64,000 nucleotides of DNA from a bacterium. Lineage in GTDB: Bacteria > UBA8248. The position numbers were made by a program, and so were the translations under genes. Shown in pieces: positions 29,754 through 37,891 of this stretch. The stretch spans positions 128,001 to 192,000 of the forward strand of contig CBDBZY010000044.1 in the NCBI GenBank assembly GCA_965213685.1. Reading direction: 5' to 3'. Numbering within the stretch: position 1 is the first letter of the stretch; every line of letters begins with the position of its first letter. The notes below the pieces were generated by a model. The model was given only the letters and a program-made list of their open reading frames with translations. It ran no database searches and had not been told where the DNA came from.

Positions 29754-31256
29754 ATGGAAGTGGTGATTCCCGATATCGCCCTGTCTCTGGCGGCCCCCGA
29801 GATAGGACTCGCCGTCCTCATCTGCCTGGTGCTGATCGTCGACCTGTTCGTGGCGGTCGAGAACAAGGCGCGCGTGGGCGTTCTGGCGTTCGTGGGAGTG
29901 ACGGCGCTGGCGCTGGTCGCCCTTTGGCAATGGGGCGAGGGCGCCAGGACGACGTTCAACGGCCTGTACGTGGCGGACAACTTCAGCGTGTTCGTCAAGG
30001 TGGGCGTGCTGACCTGCACGGCCATCTCCATTCTGCTGATGCTTCAATACGCCAAGACAGAGAAAATCAACCACGGCGAATTGTACGCGATGCTGCTCTT
30101 CTCGGTGTTCGGCATGCTCGTCATGGCGTCCGGCAACGATTTGCTCACGATCTACCTGGGCGTGGAGACGATGAGCATCAGCATCTACGTGCTCGTGGCG
30201 TTCATGCGGCACGACCCCCTGAGCCGAGAGGCGGGGCTCAAGTATTTTCTGATGGGGGCTTTCGCCTCGGGCGTTCTTCTGTACGGCGTCGCCCTGACAT
30301 ACGGGTTCGCCGGCACGACGTCGATTCGCGGAATTGCGGCGGCCCTCTCCGGTGCGGAGGGAGCGGCGATAGCCTCGAACCCGGTGATGATTTTCGGCCT
30401 GATTCTCCTGGTGGCGGGCTTCGGATTCAAGATGGCGCTGGCGCCGTTCCACATGTGGCTGCCGGACGCCTACACCGGCGCCCCGACGCCGATCACGGGC
30501 TTCATGTCCGTGGCCGTGAAGTTCGCGACCGTGGCCGCGCTGATGCGGATATTCTTTCTGGCGCTCCCGGCCATGGCCGAGAAGTGGAACGCCTTGCTGT
30601 GGGCGCTGACGGCGTTCACGATGGTCTGGGGGAACGTGGCGGCCATCGCCCAGACGAGCCTCAAGAGGATGCTGGCGTATTCGAGCATCGGCCACGCCGG
30701 CTACCTGCTGATGGGCGTGGTGGTCTCCATGCGCGTCGTGGACGGTGGGGCGACGTTCAGCCCGATGGGGATAAGCGCGGTGGCGTTCTATCTGCTCGCC
30801 TACCTGTTCACGAACCTGGGCGCCTTCGGCATGCTGATTCTGGTGTGCCGGGAGGGCTACCGGGGAGACAACATCGAGGACTGGAAGGGAATCGGGCAGG
30901 CCCACCCCTGGGCGGGAATGGCGTTTGTGATCTTCCTGCTCTCGCTCGGCGGAATTCCGCCGACGGCCGGCTTCGTCGGCAAGCTGTATCTGTTCGCCGC
31001 CGCCGTGCAGAACGAATACTACTGGCTGGCCGTGATCGGGCTTCTGATGAGCGCGGTGTCGATGTACTACTACGGCCGCATCATCATGGTGATGTTCATG
31101 GAGAGCCGGGGAGAGGGACAAGCGGTCGCACAACTCTCCAAAGCCCCCTCGCTGTTCTTCGCCCTCGTGCTTCTGGTGGCGGCGACGCTCCTTCTCGGCC
31201 TGTTCCCGGGCAGCTTTCTGGACGCAGCACAAGGGACGGTGGCCGGCTTCCTATAG
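29754..31256 (+). CDS. nuoN: NADH-quinone oxidoreductase subunit N (copy 2)
   Basis: EAGLKYFLMG, FKMALAPFHMWLPDAYTGAP, KRMLAYSSIGHAGY. Confidence 0.95.
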   Translation: MEVVIPDIALSLAAPEIGLAVLICLVLIVDLFVAVENKARVGVLAFVGVTALALVALWQWGEGARTTFNGLYVADNFSVFVKVGVLTCTAISILLMLQYAKTEKINHGELYAMLLFSVFGMLVMASGNDLLTIYLGVETMSISIYVLVAFMRHDPLSREAGLKYFLMGAFASGVLLYGVALTYGFAGTTSIRGIAAALSGAEGAAIASNPVMIFGLILLVAGFGFKMALAPFHMWLPDAYTGAPTPITGFMSVAVKFATVAALMRIFFLALPAMAEKWNALLWALTAFTMVWGNVAAIAQTSLKRMLAYSSIGHAGYLLMGVVVSMRVVDGGATFSPMGISAVAFYLLAYLFTNLGAFGMLILVCREGYRGDNIEDWKGIGQAHPWAGMAFVIFLLSLGGIPPTAGFVGKLYLFAAAVQNEYYWLAVIGLLMSAVSMYYYGRIIMVMFMESRGEGQAVAQLSKAPSLFFALVLLVAATLLLGLFPGSFLDAAQGTVAGFL

Positions 31257-31493
31257 AAACGGCGCGAAACTCCCTGAGCGGCTGGCCTCTCCTTGAACGG
31301 GCGATGGCCCGCGCGCCTGGAGATCGCCACGATAACCTCGCGCCCCTCCCGCCTGTGAGGGCACCCCGTAGCCGTCCCGGCTTGTGCATGGACCGCCCCG
31401 GGGTTTTTGTCCTCCTCTTTTTCTCTCTCCATCGTGCGGCGATGCGGCTGCCCCGCCGGGAGTGCGCCTCCGCCAGGCCGGGATGGAGGAGAT

Positions 31494-31506
31494 TGACATT
31501 TTGGCA
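31494..31506. promoter_or_regulatory. Imperfect palindrome, possible enhancer-binding-protein site
   Basis: TGACA-TTT-TGGCA, about 160 bp upstream of a sigma54 box. Confidence 0.3.
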
Positions 31507-31666
31507 GGATCGCGCGCCTTTTTTTCTGAAAAATCGTAAAAGTCCCCCGCCGCACTTCATCATTCGGCGGCGCCGCATCTGGAACGTCCACCCTGCGCCA
31601 TCATATCCTTTTGATATGTATACGGTTATGAAATTTGTCGATTTCGGGGGGCCGGCAAGTCCTCGC

Positions 31667-31683
31667 TTGGCACGCTTCGTGCA
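31667..31683 (+). promoter_or_regulatory. sigma54 (-24/-12) promoter
   Basis: TTGGCACGCTTCGTGCA: GG and GC are exactly 10 nt apart; IHF-like AT-rich site at 31604-31616. Confidence 0.6.
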
Positions 31684-31690
31684 ATATATA

Positions 31691-31790
31691 AGGGCGGGAA
31701 GGGAAATCGGATGCCCTCAGCGGGCCCCTTGCGAGAGGAGCCCTTATCTCTCCGGTGAGCAGCGAAAGGATTCCCGGACGCTGATTCACT
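31691..31790 (+). ncRNA. Candidate sigma54-driven small RNA (GGA-rich hairpins)
   Basis: Three hand-folded hairpins directly downstream of the sigma54 box; no plus-strand gene follows; family not recognised. Confidence 0.3.
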
Positions 31791-31796
31791 GCTATC

Positions 31797-32462
31797 TCAC
31801 CCCCAAATTTGCCCTGCACGGGCAGATTCCTTCCAACTGGGGCATGTCTCTTGCGAGATGTGCCCCAAGTCTTTATCTGTCAACCAGTTGCTCGACCAGC
31901 CCGATGGCCTCGCCCATAGGTGCGGAAGGGTGAAATGGCTGGGCGTCGAGGCGGATGCCGCCGCCAGGTGGACGGCCAGCATTCCAGCCGCCCGGGCGGC
32001 CATCATGTCGTATTTGCCGTCTCCGATGACGATACACTTCCCGGACGCGACGCCGATGGCTTCCGCTCCCGCCCACAGGGGTCTCGGGTCCGGCTTCCAG
32101 TAGCCCATGTCCCGGGTGATCAAGACGTCGAATGACAGGTTTATTTTTTTCGCCATCCTCGCAACATGCCGCTCCGCGTTGTTCGTCACGACGCCGAAGG
32201 GGATTTTCTGGCTTCGCAGATGGGCGATCAGCGCATGCGCGCCATCGTTCGCTTCCGCGCGCCGGGCGGCCTTTCGCTCGTGTTTTTCCAGTATGTCCGC
32301 TATCGCACCGGCGCGTTCCGGAGGGAGCGTGGCGAGATGATCCAGAATCGATATGTCCGCATCCGGCAGCCCCATCTCCTCTTTCATCGCGGGCCAGTCA
32401 AAGGCGGGTTTCGTGAGCGTCCCGTCAAAATCCAGCAAAACGCCCTGCATCGCGCGCTTCAT
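31797..32462 (-). CDS. HAD-superfamily hydrolase
   Basis: DFDGTL, VVTN, KPDP, IGDGKYD; the 3' end may be frameshifted (alternative stop at 31873). Confidence 0.88.
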   Translation of the reverse strand: MKRAMQGVLLDFDGTLTKPAFDWPAMKEEMGLPDADISILDHLATLPPERAGAIADILEKHERKAARRAEANDGAHALIAHLRSQKIPFGVVTNNAERHVARMAKKINLSFDVLITRDMGYWKPDPRPLWAGAEAIGVASGKCIVIGDGKYDMMAARAAGMLAVHLAAASASTPSHFTLPHLWARPSGWSSNWLTDKDLGHISQETCPSWKESARAGQIWG

Positions 32463-32474
32463 GGGTTCTTTTCC

Positions 32475-33491
32475 TCACATTACCCTGGAAATTTCATCGG
32501 CGTGAAAGCGCTTCAGCGGAAAGGATTTCCCCCCGCGCTCCATCCTCACTCCCCGTTCCGGCGGGCATAGCCTGCCGATGCGAACGGCCATGGCGCCCGT
32601 CTCGATGAGCGCCTCCCGAAGATGTTTCTCCCCCTCGGCCCGGGCCGCCACCAGAAGCGCCCCCGACGTGATGACCCCCAAAGGGTCGAGTCCCAACGCC
32701 TCGCAAATCTTTCCGCCCTCCGGAGAGATGGGAATCTTTTCCCCCTCTACGGCCGCTCCCAGGCCAGAGGCCTCCGCCAACTCATGGATGCCTGTGGCGA
32801 GTCCCCCCTCCGTCGGGTCGTGCATGGCGCGCGCCTGGCCGGTTTCGGCCGCCGCGAGGGCCTGGGCAACTACGCTGACGCCCGGAGAATCAATGTATCC
32901 TTTCGCCTTTTCCAGCATCCCGGGGTCCACGGTTTTGCTCAGTTCCTGGTATTTCGCCTGCGCCAGGATCGCCGTCCCCTCGACGGGTACGGCGCGGGTC
33001 AGCAAGATGACGTCGTCCGCGCGGGCGCCGTCGCCCCGTATCAGCCTCCCTTTGGGAACCTCCCCGAGCATGTGGCCGGAAAGGATCGGAAATTCCAGTC
33101 CCGCCGTAATCTCCGTGTGGCCGCCGCAGAGGGTGACTCCCAGGTCGGCGCAGGCCCCCTCCACGTCGCGCCAGATGCGGCGCACCATCGTCTCGTCGGT
33201 GCGCCCCTCCGGCAGGAGCAGCGTCATCAGGAACCATAGGGGGACGGCTCCCATGCAGGCGACGTCGTTCGCGTTCACATGAACGGCGTAACGCCCGATA
33301 TGTTTTTCCACGAACGTGACGGGGTCTGACTTGACGACGAGATAGCGGTCTCCCATGTCGATGACGGCGGCGTCTTCTCCCACCCTTGGCCCCACGATGA
33401 GGCGCGGGTGATCGCCCGCACCCCGGCACAACGCTCCCAGGAGGCCGGGGGGAAGTTTGCCCACGGGGAGGAATGAAGACCGATTCGCCAT
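32475..33491 (-). CDS. AIR-synthase-related protein (PurM/HypE/ThiL fold)
   Basis: GKLP, GEDAAV, SDPVT, NANDVACMGA, GGHTE, MHDPTEGGL. Confidence 0.88.
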   Translation of the reverse strand: MANRSSFLPVGKLPPGLLGALCRGAGDHPRLIVGPRVGEDAAVIDMGDRYLVVKSDPVTFVEKHIGRYAVHVNANDVACMGAVPLWFLMTLLLPEGRTDETMVRRIWRDVEGACADLGVTLCGGHTEITAGLEFPILSGHMLGEVPKGRLIRGDGARADDVILLTRAVPVEGTAILAQAKYQELSKTVDPGMLEKAKGYIDSPGVSVVAQALAAAETGQARAMHDPTEGGLATGIHELAEASGLGAAVEGEKIPISPEGGKICEALGLDPLGVITSGALLVAARAEGEKHLREALIETGAMAVRIGRLCPPERGVRMERGGKSFPLKRFHADEISRVM

Positions 33492-33558
33492 CCGTTCACA
33501 ATAGGGGCGAGATTCCGGAACATCAAGCGGGGGACGGGAAGCCGAAGGCTTTTTCGTG

Positions 33559-33587
33559 TTGACGGCGGGGATGGAGCGTTTTAGAAT
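33559..33587 (+). promoter_or_regulatory. sigma70 promoter upstream of tRNA-Phe
   Basis: TTGACG-17 bp-TAGAAT. Confidence 0.65.
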
Positions 33588-33684
33588 TCGTTCTTTCCCC
33601 TCGGGGCGTTGGCACGCTTGCGCTTTCAGGGAAATTGACGGATAAGGAACGCGCCTTGGTTGTCCGGCGATCGCTCCGCATATT

Positions 33685-33760
<76 letters not shown>

Positions 33761-33892
33761 GAAAAATGCCGGACGTCAGGCGATGGGCGGGATATGTGGC
33801 ACCGGCACCCCACCTCCCGGCCGGCACTCCGCTGAATCATTCGCGTCCATCGCATCCGGTTCTGGTCGGCGGGGCTCCCCGCGCGCACCCGT

Positions 33893-34459
33893 TCAGTCCG
33901 TATGGGCGGTTCCTTCCCATCCTCCGATGCGTTTTCCGTTCAACTCCACGGTGCTTGTGAGCGGAACCGCCGTCTGAACCATTTGCTCGGCGTAGCAGCC
34001 CTGTTTCGCCAACCGGATGATGCGGAGGATTTTCTCCTCCGCCTCGCTCGATTCCACCCGAAAATGCGTGCGCACCCTGCGGCACCCCGAGTGGACGTCG
34101 CCTTTCAGTACCGACCCTTTCAGAAAGTAGTCGAACTCGACGCGGCACGCGGCTTTCTCGAAGGTGGTTTTTGTCATGTGGGCGTACCGCCCCAGCTGGG
34201 TCAACAGTCAGAAGCCGACGCCCATGGCGATGTATGTGAGGGGCTGCGGATGCCGATCCTCCCCGCCGATGCGGGGCGGTTCATCGCTGAAAACCTCGAA
34301 ATGGCGGAATCGCCCGATTTTCCGCTGCCCGTCATTCATCGTCTCCGTTTCCGCCAGCATGGTGAGCTCGTAGCCCTCCCTGGGAAGTTCGGGCTTGTCA
34401 ATCGGCCTCTCGCCGGGCACGGTGCTCTCGTGCCAGGGATAATTGGGACTTTCCACCAT
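33893..34459 (-). CDS. OsmC/Ohr-like protein, probable selenoprotein (UGA at 34208-34210)
   Basis: ORFs 34208-34459 and 33893-34204 are in one frame separated only by TGA-CTG; joined read is SDEPPRIGGEDRHPQPLTYIAMGVGF-U-LLTQ...AKQGCYAE. The UGA occupies the first catalytic Cys position; RBS GGGAGG precedes only the first ATG. Confidence 0.75.
34172..34207 (-). promoter_or_regulatory. Candidate bacterial SECIS element
   Basis: GGGCG-GTA-CGCCC hairpin (34192-34180), loop starts with G, 20 nt after the UGA; possible lower stem TGTTG/TGACA. Confidence 0.55.
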
Positions 34460-34535
34460 GTTTGCTTGCCTCCCTGGGTGGGGGTTGGAAGATGCTGGTC
34501 AGACGCCGCGTTGGCCCTTCGTTGATCTCTCCGGC

Positions 34536-35210
34536 TCATTCCCACGACAGCACGGCCAGGTATCCATCCTGCGGAATCTGGACGACCGGCCGCATGTTTT
34601 CCGCCTTTTTGTGCATCTGGATGGTGTGGAGATGCGCGTACGCCTCCCAGAGCAGGTGGCGAAACGTGTATTCCAGGTTGTAGTGAAAGAGGTCCGCGTC
34701 ATTCGGGTCGATCCACACTCCGGTGCGATGCGCCCTGAGGCTGACGCCCTCGCGCCACTTGCGGACGTCTTCGCCGGTGCCCGGGCGCCGGATGCCCGGC
34801 GGCACGCGCTCGGAGATATTTCGCTCGTCCCGAATCGATTCAGGCGATTCCGCGCCCAGCACCTCCCAGGCGAGGGCGAACGAATCGCGCATCGCGCCGA
34901 TGAGGTGTGCGATGTGCGGGTAGAATTCGTCTTTCATCATCCGGCTGTCGAACCGCTCGAGCAGCGCCTTCCCGCGCGGCAAGCCGTCGCCAAACAGAAT
35001 GTCCCCCCAGCGCACCAGCAGCCAGCGGTAGGGCAAAGACGCCACATGGCTCACCTGATCGCGGATGGACCATACCCCCCAGCTCTTCTCCTCTCTCGTT
35101 CTGCGCAGCGCCTCCTCGGGGACGCCGCGGATCTCCCGGGCGAACAGTGCCGGCACCCGCGGGTATTCGGGGAAAAGCGACCGCGCCGAATTCTCTCGCT
35201 CTTCCGTCAT
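34536..35210 (-). CDS. DinB-like family protein
   Basis: WSIRDQVSHVA and C-terminal HLLWEAYAHLHTI patterns. Confidence 0.7.
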   Translation of the reverse strand: MTEERENSARSLFPEYPRVPALFAREIRGVPEEALRRTREEKSWGVWSIRDQVSHVASLPYRWLLVRWGDILFGDGLPRGKALLERFDSRMMKDEFYPHIAHLIGAMRDSFALAWEVLGAESPESIRDERNISERVPPGIRRPGTGEDVRKWREGVSLRAHRTGVWIDPNDADLFHYNLEYTFRHLLWEAYAHLHTIQMHKKAENMRPVVQIPQDGYLAVLSWE

Positions 35211-35379
35211 TCCGCTCCCCCCTCCCATTTTTCGGAGATTATAGGGGATCGCATGCGGAGGATACATCGCGGGGCGCATTTTTTGCTTTTTTGGATAGGG
35301 CGGGGGGCATTCCGCCCCGGCCGTCGCCTCCCTCCCCATGATACCCTCTCCGTGCATGCAGGCCGTCGCCCCGGTTTCG

Positions 35380-35408
35380 TGGACAAGCGGGCGTCGGGCG
35401 TGTAGATT
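35380..35408 (+). promoter_or_regulatory. Putative sigma70 promoter of the Mo-enzyme gene
   Basis: TGGACA-17 bp-TAGATT. Confidence 0.5.
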
Positions 35409-35469
35409 GCCGGTTCATTCATTGGCCGGAGTTTTTGTTGCGATCAACCCCTTCATCCAGGAGCAGGCC

Positions 35470-37770
35470 ATGGCGGAAGCCAAAGACATGCGCGGCGCCG
35501 TAGTCGGTGCGTCCCTTCCTTTTCTGGATGATCCCGAAAAGGCGACTGGCGCGGCGGACTATCTCGACGATCTCCACCTTCCCGGCATGTTGACGGGCAA
35601 GGCGCTGCGCAGCCGGCACGCCCACGCCGAGATACTCTCGGTCGACGTCCGGGAGGCCGCCCGCGTCCCCGGCGTCGTCGCGATTCTCACCGGCGGCGAT
35701 CTGCCCGACCGCCCCCGCATCATTCCCCACGAGCGGGCCATGCCCGTCATCGCCCACGACAGGGTGCGCTACATGGGCGAGGCGGTCGCCCTCATCGCGG
35801 CGGAGACGGCCGAGGCGGCCGAGGAGGCGATGCGGCGGATAGAGGTCGAATACCGGCCGCTGCCCGTCGTCTCCGACCCGCGCGAGGCGATGCGGCACGA
35901 GGCGGCGAAGCTCTTCCCGGAGGGCAACGTCCTCAACCAGGCCAAAATACGAAAAGGGGACGTCCAGGACGGCTTTGCGAAGGCGGACGTGATCGTGGAG
36001 AACGCATACTCGACGCCCCCCGTCGACCATCTCTATCTGGAGGTGGAGGCCGCCTGCGCGAGTCCGCAGCCCGACGGAGGGATGCAAATCTGGGGTTCGA
36101 CCCAGCAGCCCTTCTTGGTGCGGCAGAACGTCGCCCGGATGCTGGGGCTGCAGGGGGAAGCCTCGGTGCGCTTCGTCCAGACGATCACCGGCGGTGCCTT
36201 CGGCGGGAAGAGCGAGGCGAGCCTCGACGTGTGCCTGCGCACCGCCGCACTCGCCCACGCCGCCGGCCGGCCCGTGAAGCTCGCCTACTCCCGCGAGGAG
36301 AGCATGATAGCCTCCTCGAAGCGCCACGCCGCGTTCATCCGCTCGAAAACGGGCGCGACGCGGGACGGACGTCTGGTGGCGATGGAGGTGGAAGTCTGGC
36401 TGGACAAGGGGGCGTATGCGGCGAACGGGGGAGACAATCCGCCCGCCTTCAAGCGCGCGACCTACCATGCGGCGGGCCCCTACCAGGTGCCGAACGCGAA
36501 GGTGGACGTCCACTGCGTGCACACGAATCACCCCTACGGGGGGCAGATGCGCGGCCCCGGGTGTCCCCAGGTGCATTTTGCGGGAGAGCAGCAGATAGAC
36601 GAAATCGCCCGCGCACTGGACATCGACCCCATCGAAATCCGGCGCATCAACGGGCTGCGGGTCGGCTCCCGAACGGCCTGGAACCAGCATCTGCCCGAGA
36701 GCGTCGGCTTGCTGGACACGCTGCGCGAGGTGGAGGAAGCCTCCTCCTGGGGGAGGGGAGCCGGCGGAGGCGGAAGGCGGGAGAACGGCCGCCTGCGCGG
36801 GCGCGGCGTGGCGAGCTGCCTGTATGGGACGGGCAACGCCTACTCGCCCGCGGAGGCGCACCTCTTCCTCAGGGCGGACGGAAAGGTGCAGGTGGCCGCC
36901 GGCGTCGTGGATTTCGGCCAGGGGAGCAAGACGGTGTTGTGCCAGATTGCCTCCGAGGCACTGGACGTCCCCTATTCGGGGTTCTGGATGGACAGCGTGG
37001 ACACCGCCATCGATCCGTTTGGCGGCACCAGCTCCAGCTCCCGAATCACGATGCAGGGCGGCAAGGCGGTCTACAACGCCGCGCTGAAGGCCCGGGTCGA
37101 GCTGCTGCGCCTGGGGGGAATCCTGATGGAGGCGGACCCGGAGGATCTGGAGCTGCGCGGCGGCGTCGTCCGCTCGCGCGCCCACCCGGAAACCCGCGTC
37201 ACCCTCCCGGAGATTGCGAAGGCGTTCGTCTCCGACGAGCTCAAGCAACTGGCTGCGGCGGACAGCATTCCCCCGCCCGCGAAAACCGACAAGGAAACGG
37301 GGCTGGGCGAGCCGTATGAAATCTACGGATTCGGCAGCCAGGTGGCCGAGGTGCTCGTGGACGAGGAGACGGGAGAGGTGGAGGTCACCGGCGTGTGGGC
37401 GGCCCATGACGTGGGCCGGGCGATAAGTCCCATGGGCGTGGAGCAGCAAATCGAGGGCGGCGTGTATATGGGGGTGGGCTTCTGCATGATGGAGGAGGTG
37501 GTGCAGCGGGAGGGCCGGATGCAGAACCCCGACATGCACGGCTACCTTGTCCCGACGGTGGAGGACATGCCGGATCAGGTGGCGTCCATCATCGTGGAGG
37601 CGCCCTACTCCAACGGCCCCTATGGCGCGAAGGGGGCGGGCGAGCAGGTGAACGTGCCCACGGCGGCGGCCATCGCCAACGCGGTTTACGACGCCACCGG
37701 AGTCCGCTTCCACGACTTGCCCCTGACGCCGGACAGGGTCGCGCTGGCGCTCGCGAAATCGAGGGGGTGA
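35470..37770 (+). CDS. Xanthine dehydrogenase family molybdopterin-binding subunit
   Basis: GGAFGGK, MRGPG..Q, GQG, SSSR, QIEGG, GAKGAGE. Confidence 0.92.
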   Translation: MAEAKDMRGAVVGASLPFLDDPEKATGAADYLDDLHLPGMLTGKALRSRHAHAEILSVDVREAARVPGVVAILTGGDLPDRPRIIPHERAMPVIAHDRVRYMGEAVALIAAETAEAAEEAMRRIEVEYRPLPVVSDPREAMRHEAAKLFPEGNVLNQAKIRKGDVQDGFAKADVIVENAYSTPPVDHLYLEVEAACASPQPDGGMQIWGSTQQPFLVRQNVARMLGLQGEASVRFVQTITGGAFGGKSEASLDVCLRTAALAHAAGRPVKLAYSREESMIASSKRHAAFIRSKTGATRDGRLVAMEVEVWLDKGAYAANGGDNPPAFKRATYHAAGPYQVPNAKVDVHCVHTNHPYGGQMRGPGCPQVHFAGEQQIDEIARALDIDPIEIRRINGLRVGSRTAWNQHLPESVGLLDTLREVEEASSWGRGAGGGGRRENGRLRGRGVASCLYGTGNAYSPAEAHLFLRADGKVQVAAGVVDFGQGSKTVLCQIASEALDVPYSGFWMDSVDTAIDPFGGTSSSSRITMQGGKAVYNAALKARVELLRLGGILMEADPEDLELRGGVVRSRAHPETRVTLPEIAKAFVSDELKQLAAADSIPPPAKTDKETGLGEPYEIYGFGSQVAEVLVDEETGEVEVTGVWAAHDVGRAISPMGVEQQIEGGVYMGVGFCMMEEVVQREGRMQNPDMHGYLVPTVEDMPDQVASIIVEAPYSNGPYGAKGAGEQVNVPTAAAIANAVYDATGVRFHDLPLTPDRVALALAKSRG

Positions 37771-37778
37771 TGTGGGGG

Positions 37779-37891
37779 ATCAGCGCGTAGTTCCATAGGC
37801 GTGGTGATTCGGGCAAACCGAAAGGTGGTGCTCCTCGTTCTGCTCAGGAGCCGAGGAGACGCCACCCGAAAGCCGAAGGAAGCAATCTGAT
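37779..37891 (+). other. Structured intergenic element, putative 5' leader of the methyltransferase
   Basis: Nested complementary segments span the whole gap (see findings); family not recognised. Confidence 0.35.

Noticed and set aside
32475-33491. AIR-synthase-fold gene as selD supporting the nearby selenoprotein
   Set aside because: It lacks the N-terminal Cys/Sec-x-x-Lys motif of SelD; same fold only.
33609-33625. TTGGCACGCTTGCGC as a sigma54 promoter for tRNA-Phe
   Set aside because: GG to GC spacing is 9 rather than the required 10; a good sigma70 promoter lies just upstream.
33796-33803. GTGGCACC echo of the tRNA 3' end as an att site
   Set aside because: Only 8 bp and no integrase in the window.
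37811-37885. c-di-GMP-I, glycine riboswitch or SRP RNA identity for the structured leader
   Set aside because: Only fragments match (GGGCAAACC, GCCGAAGGAAGCAA); required partner motifs are missing or out of order.
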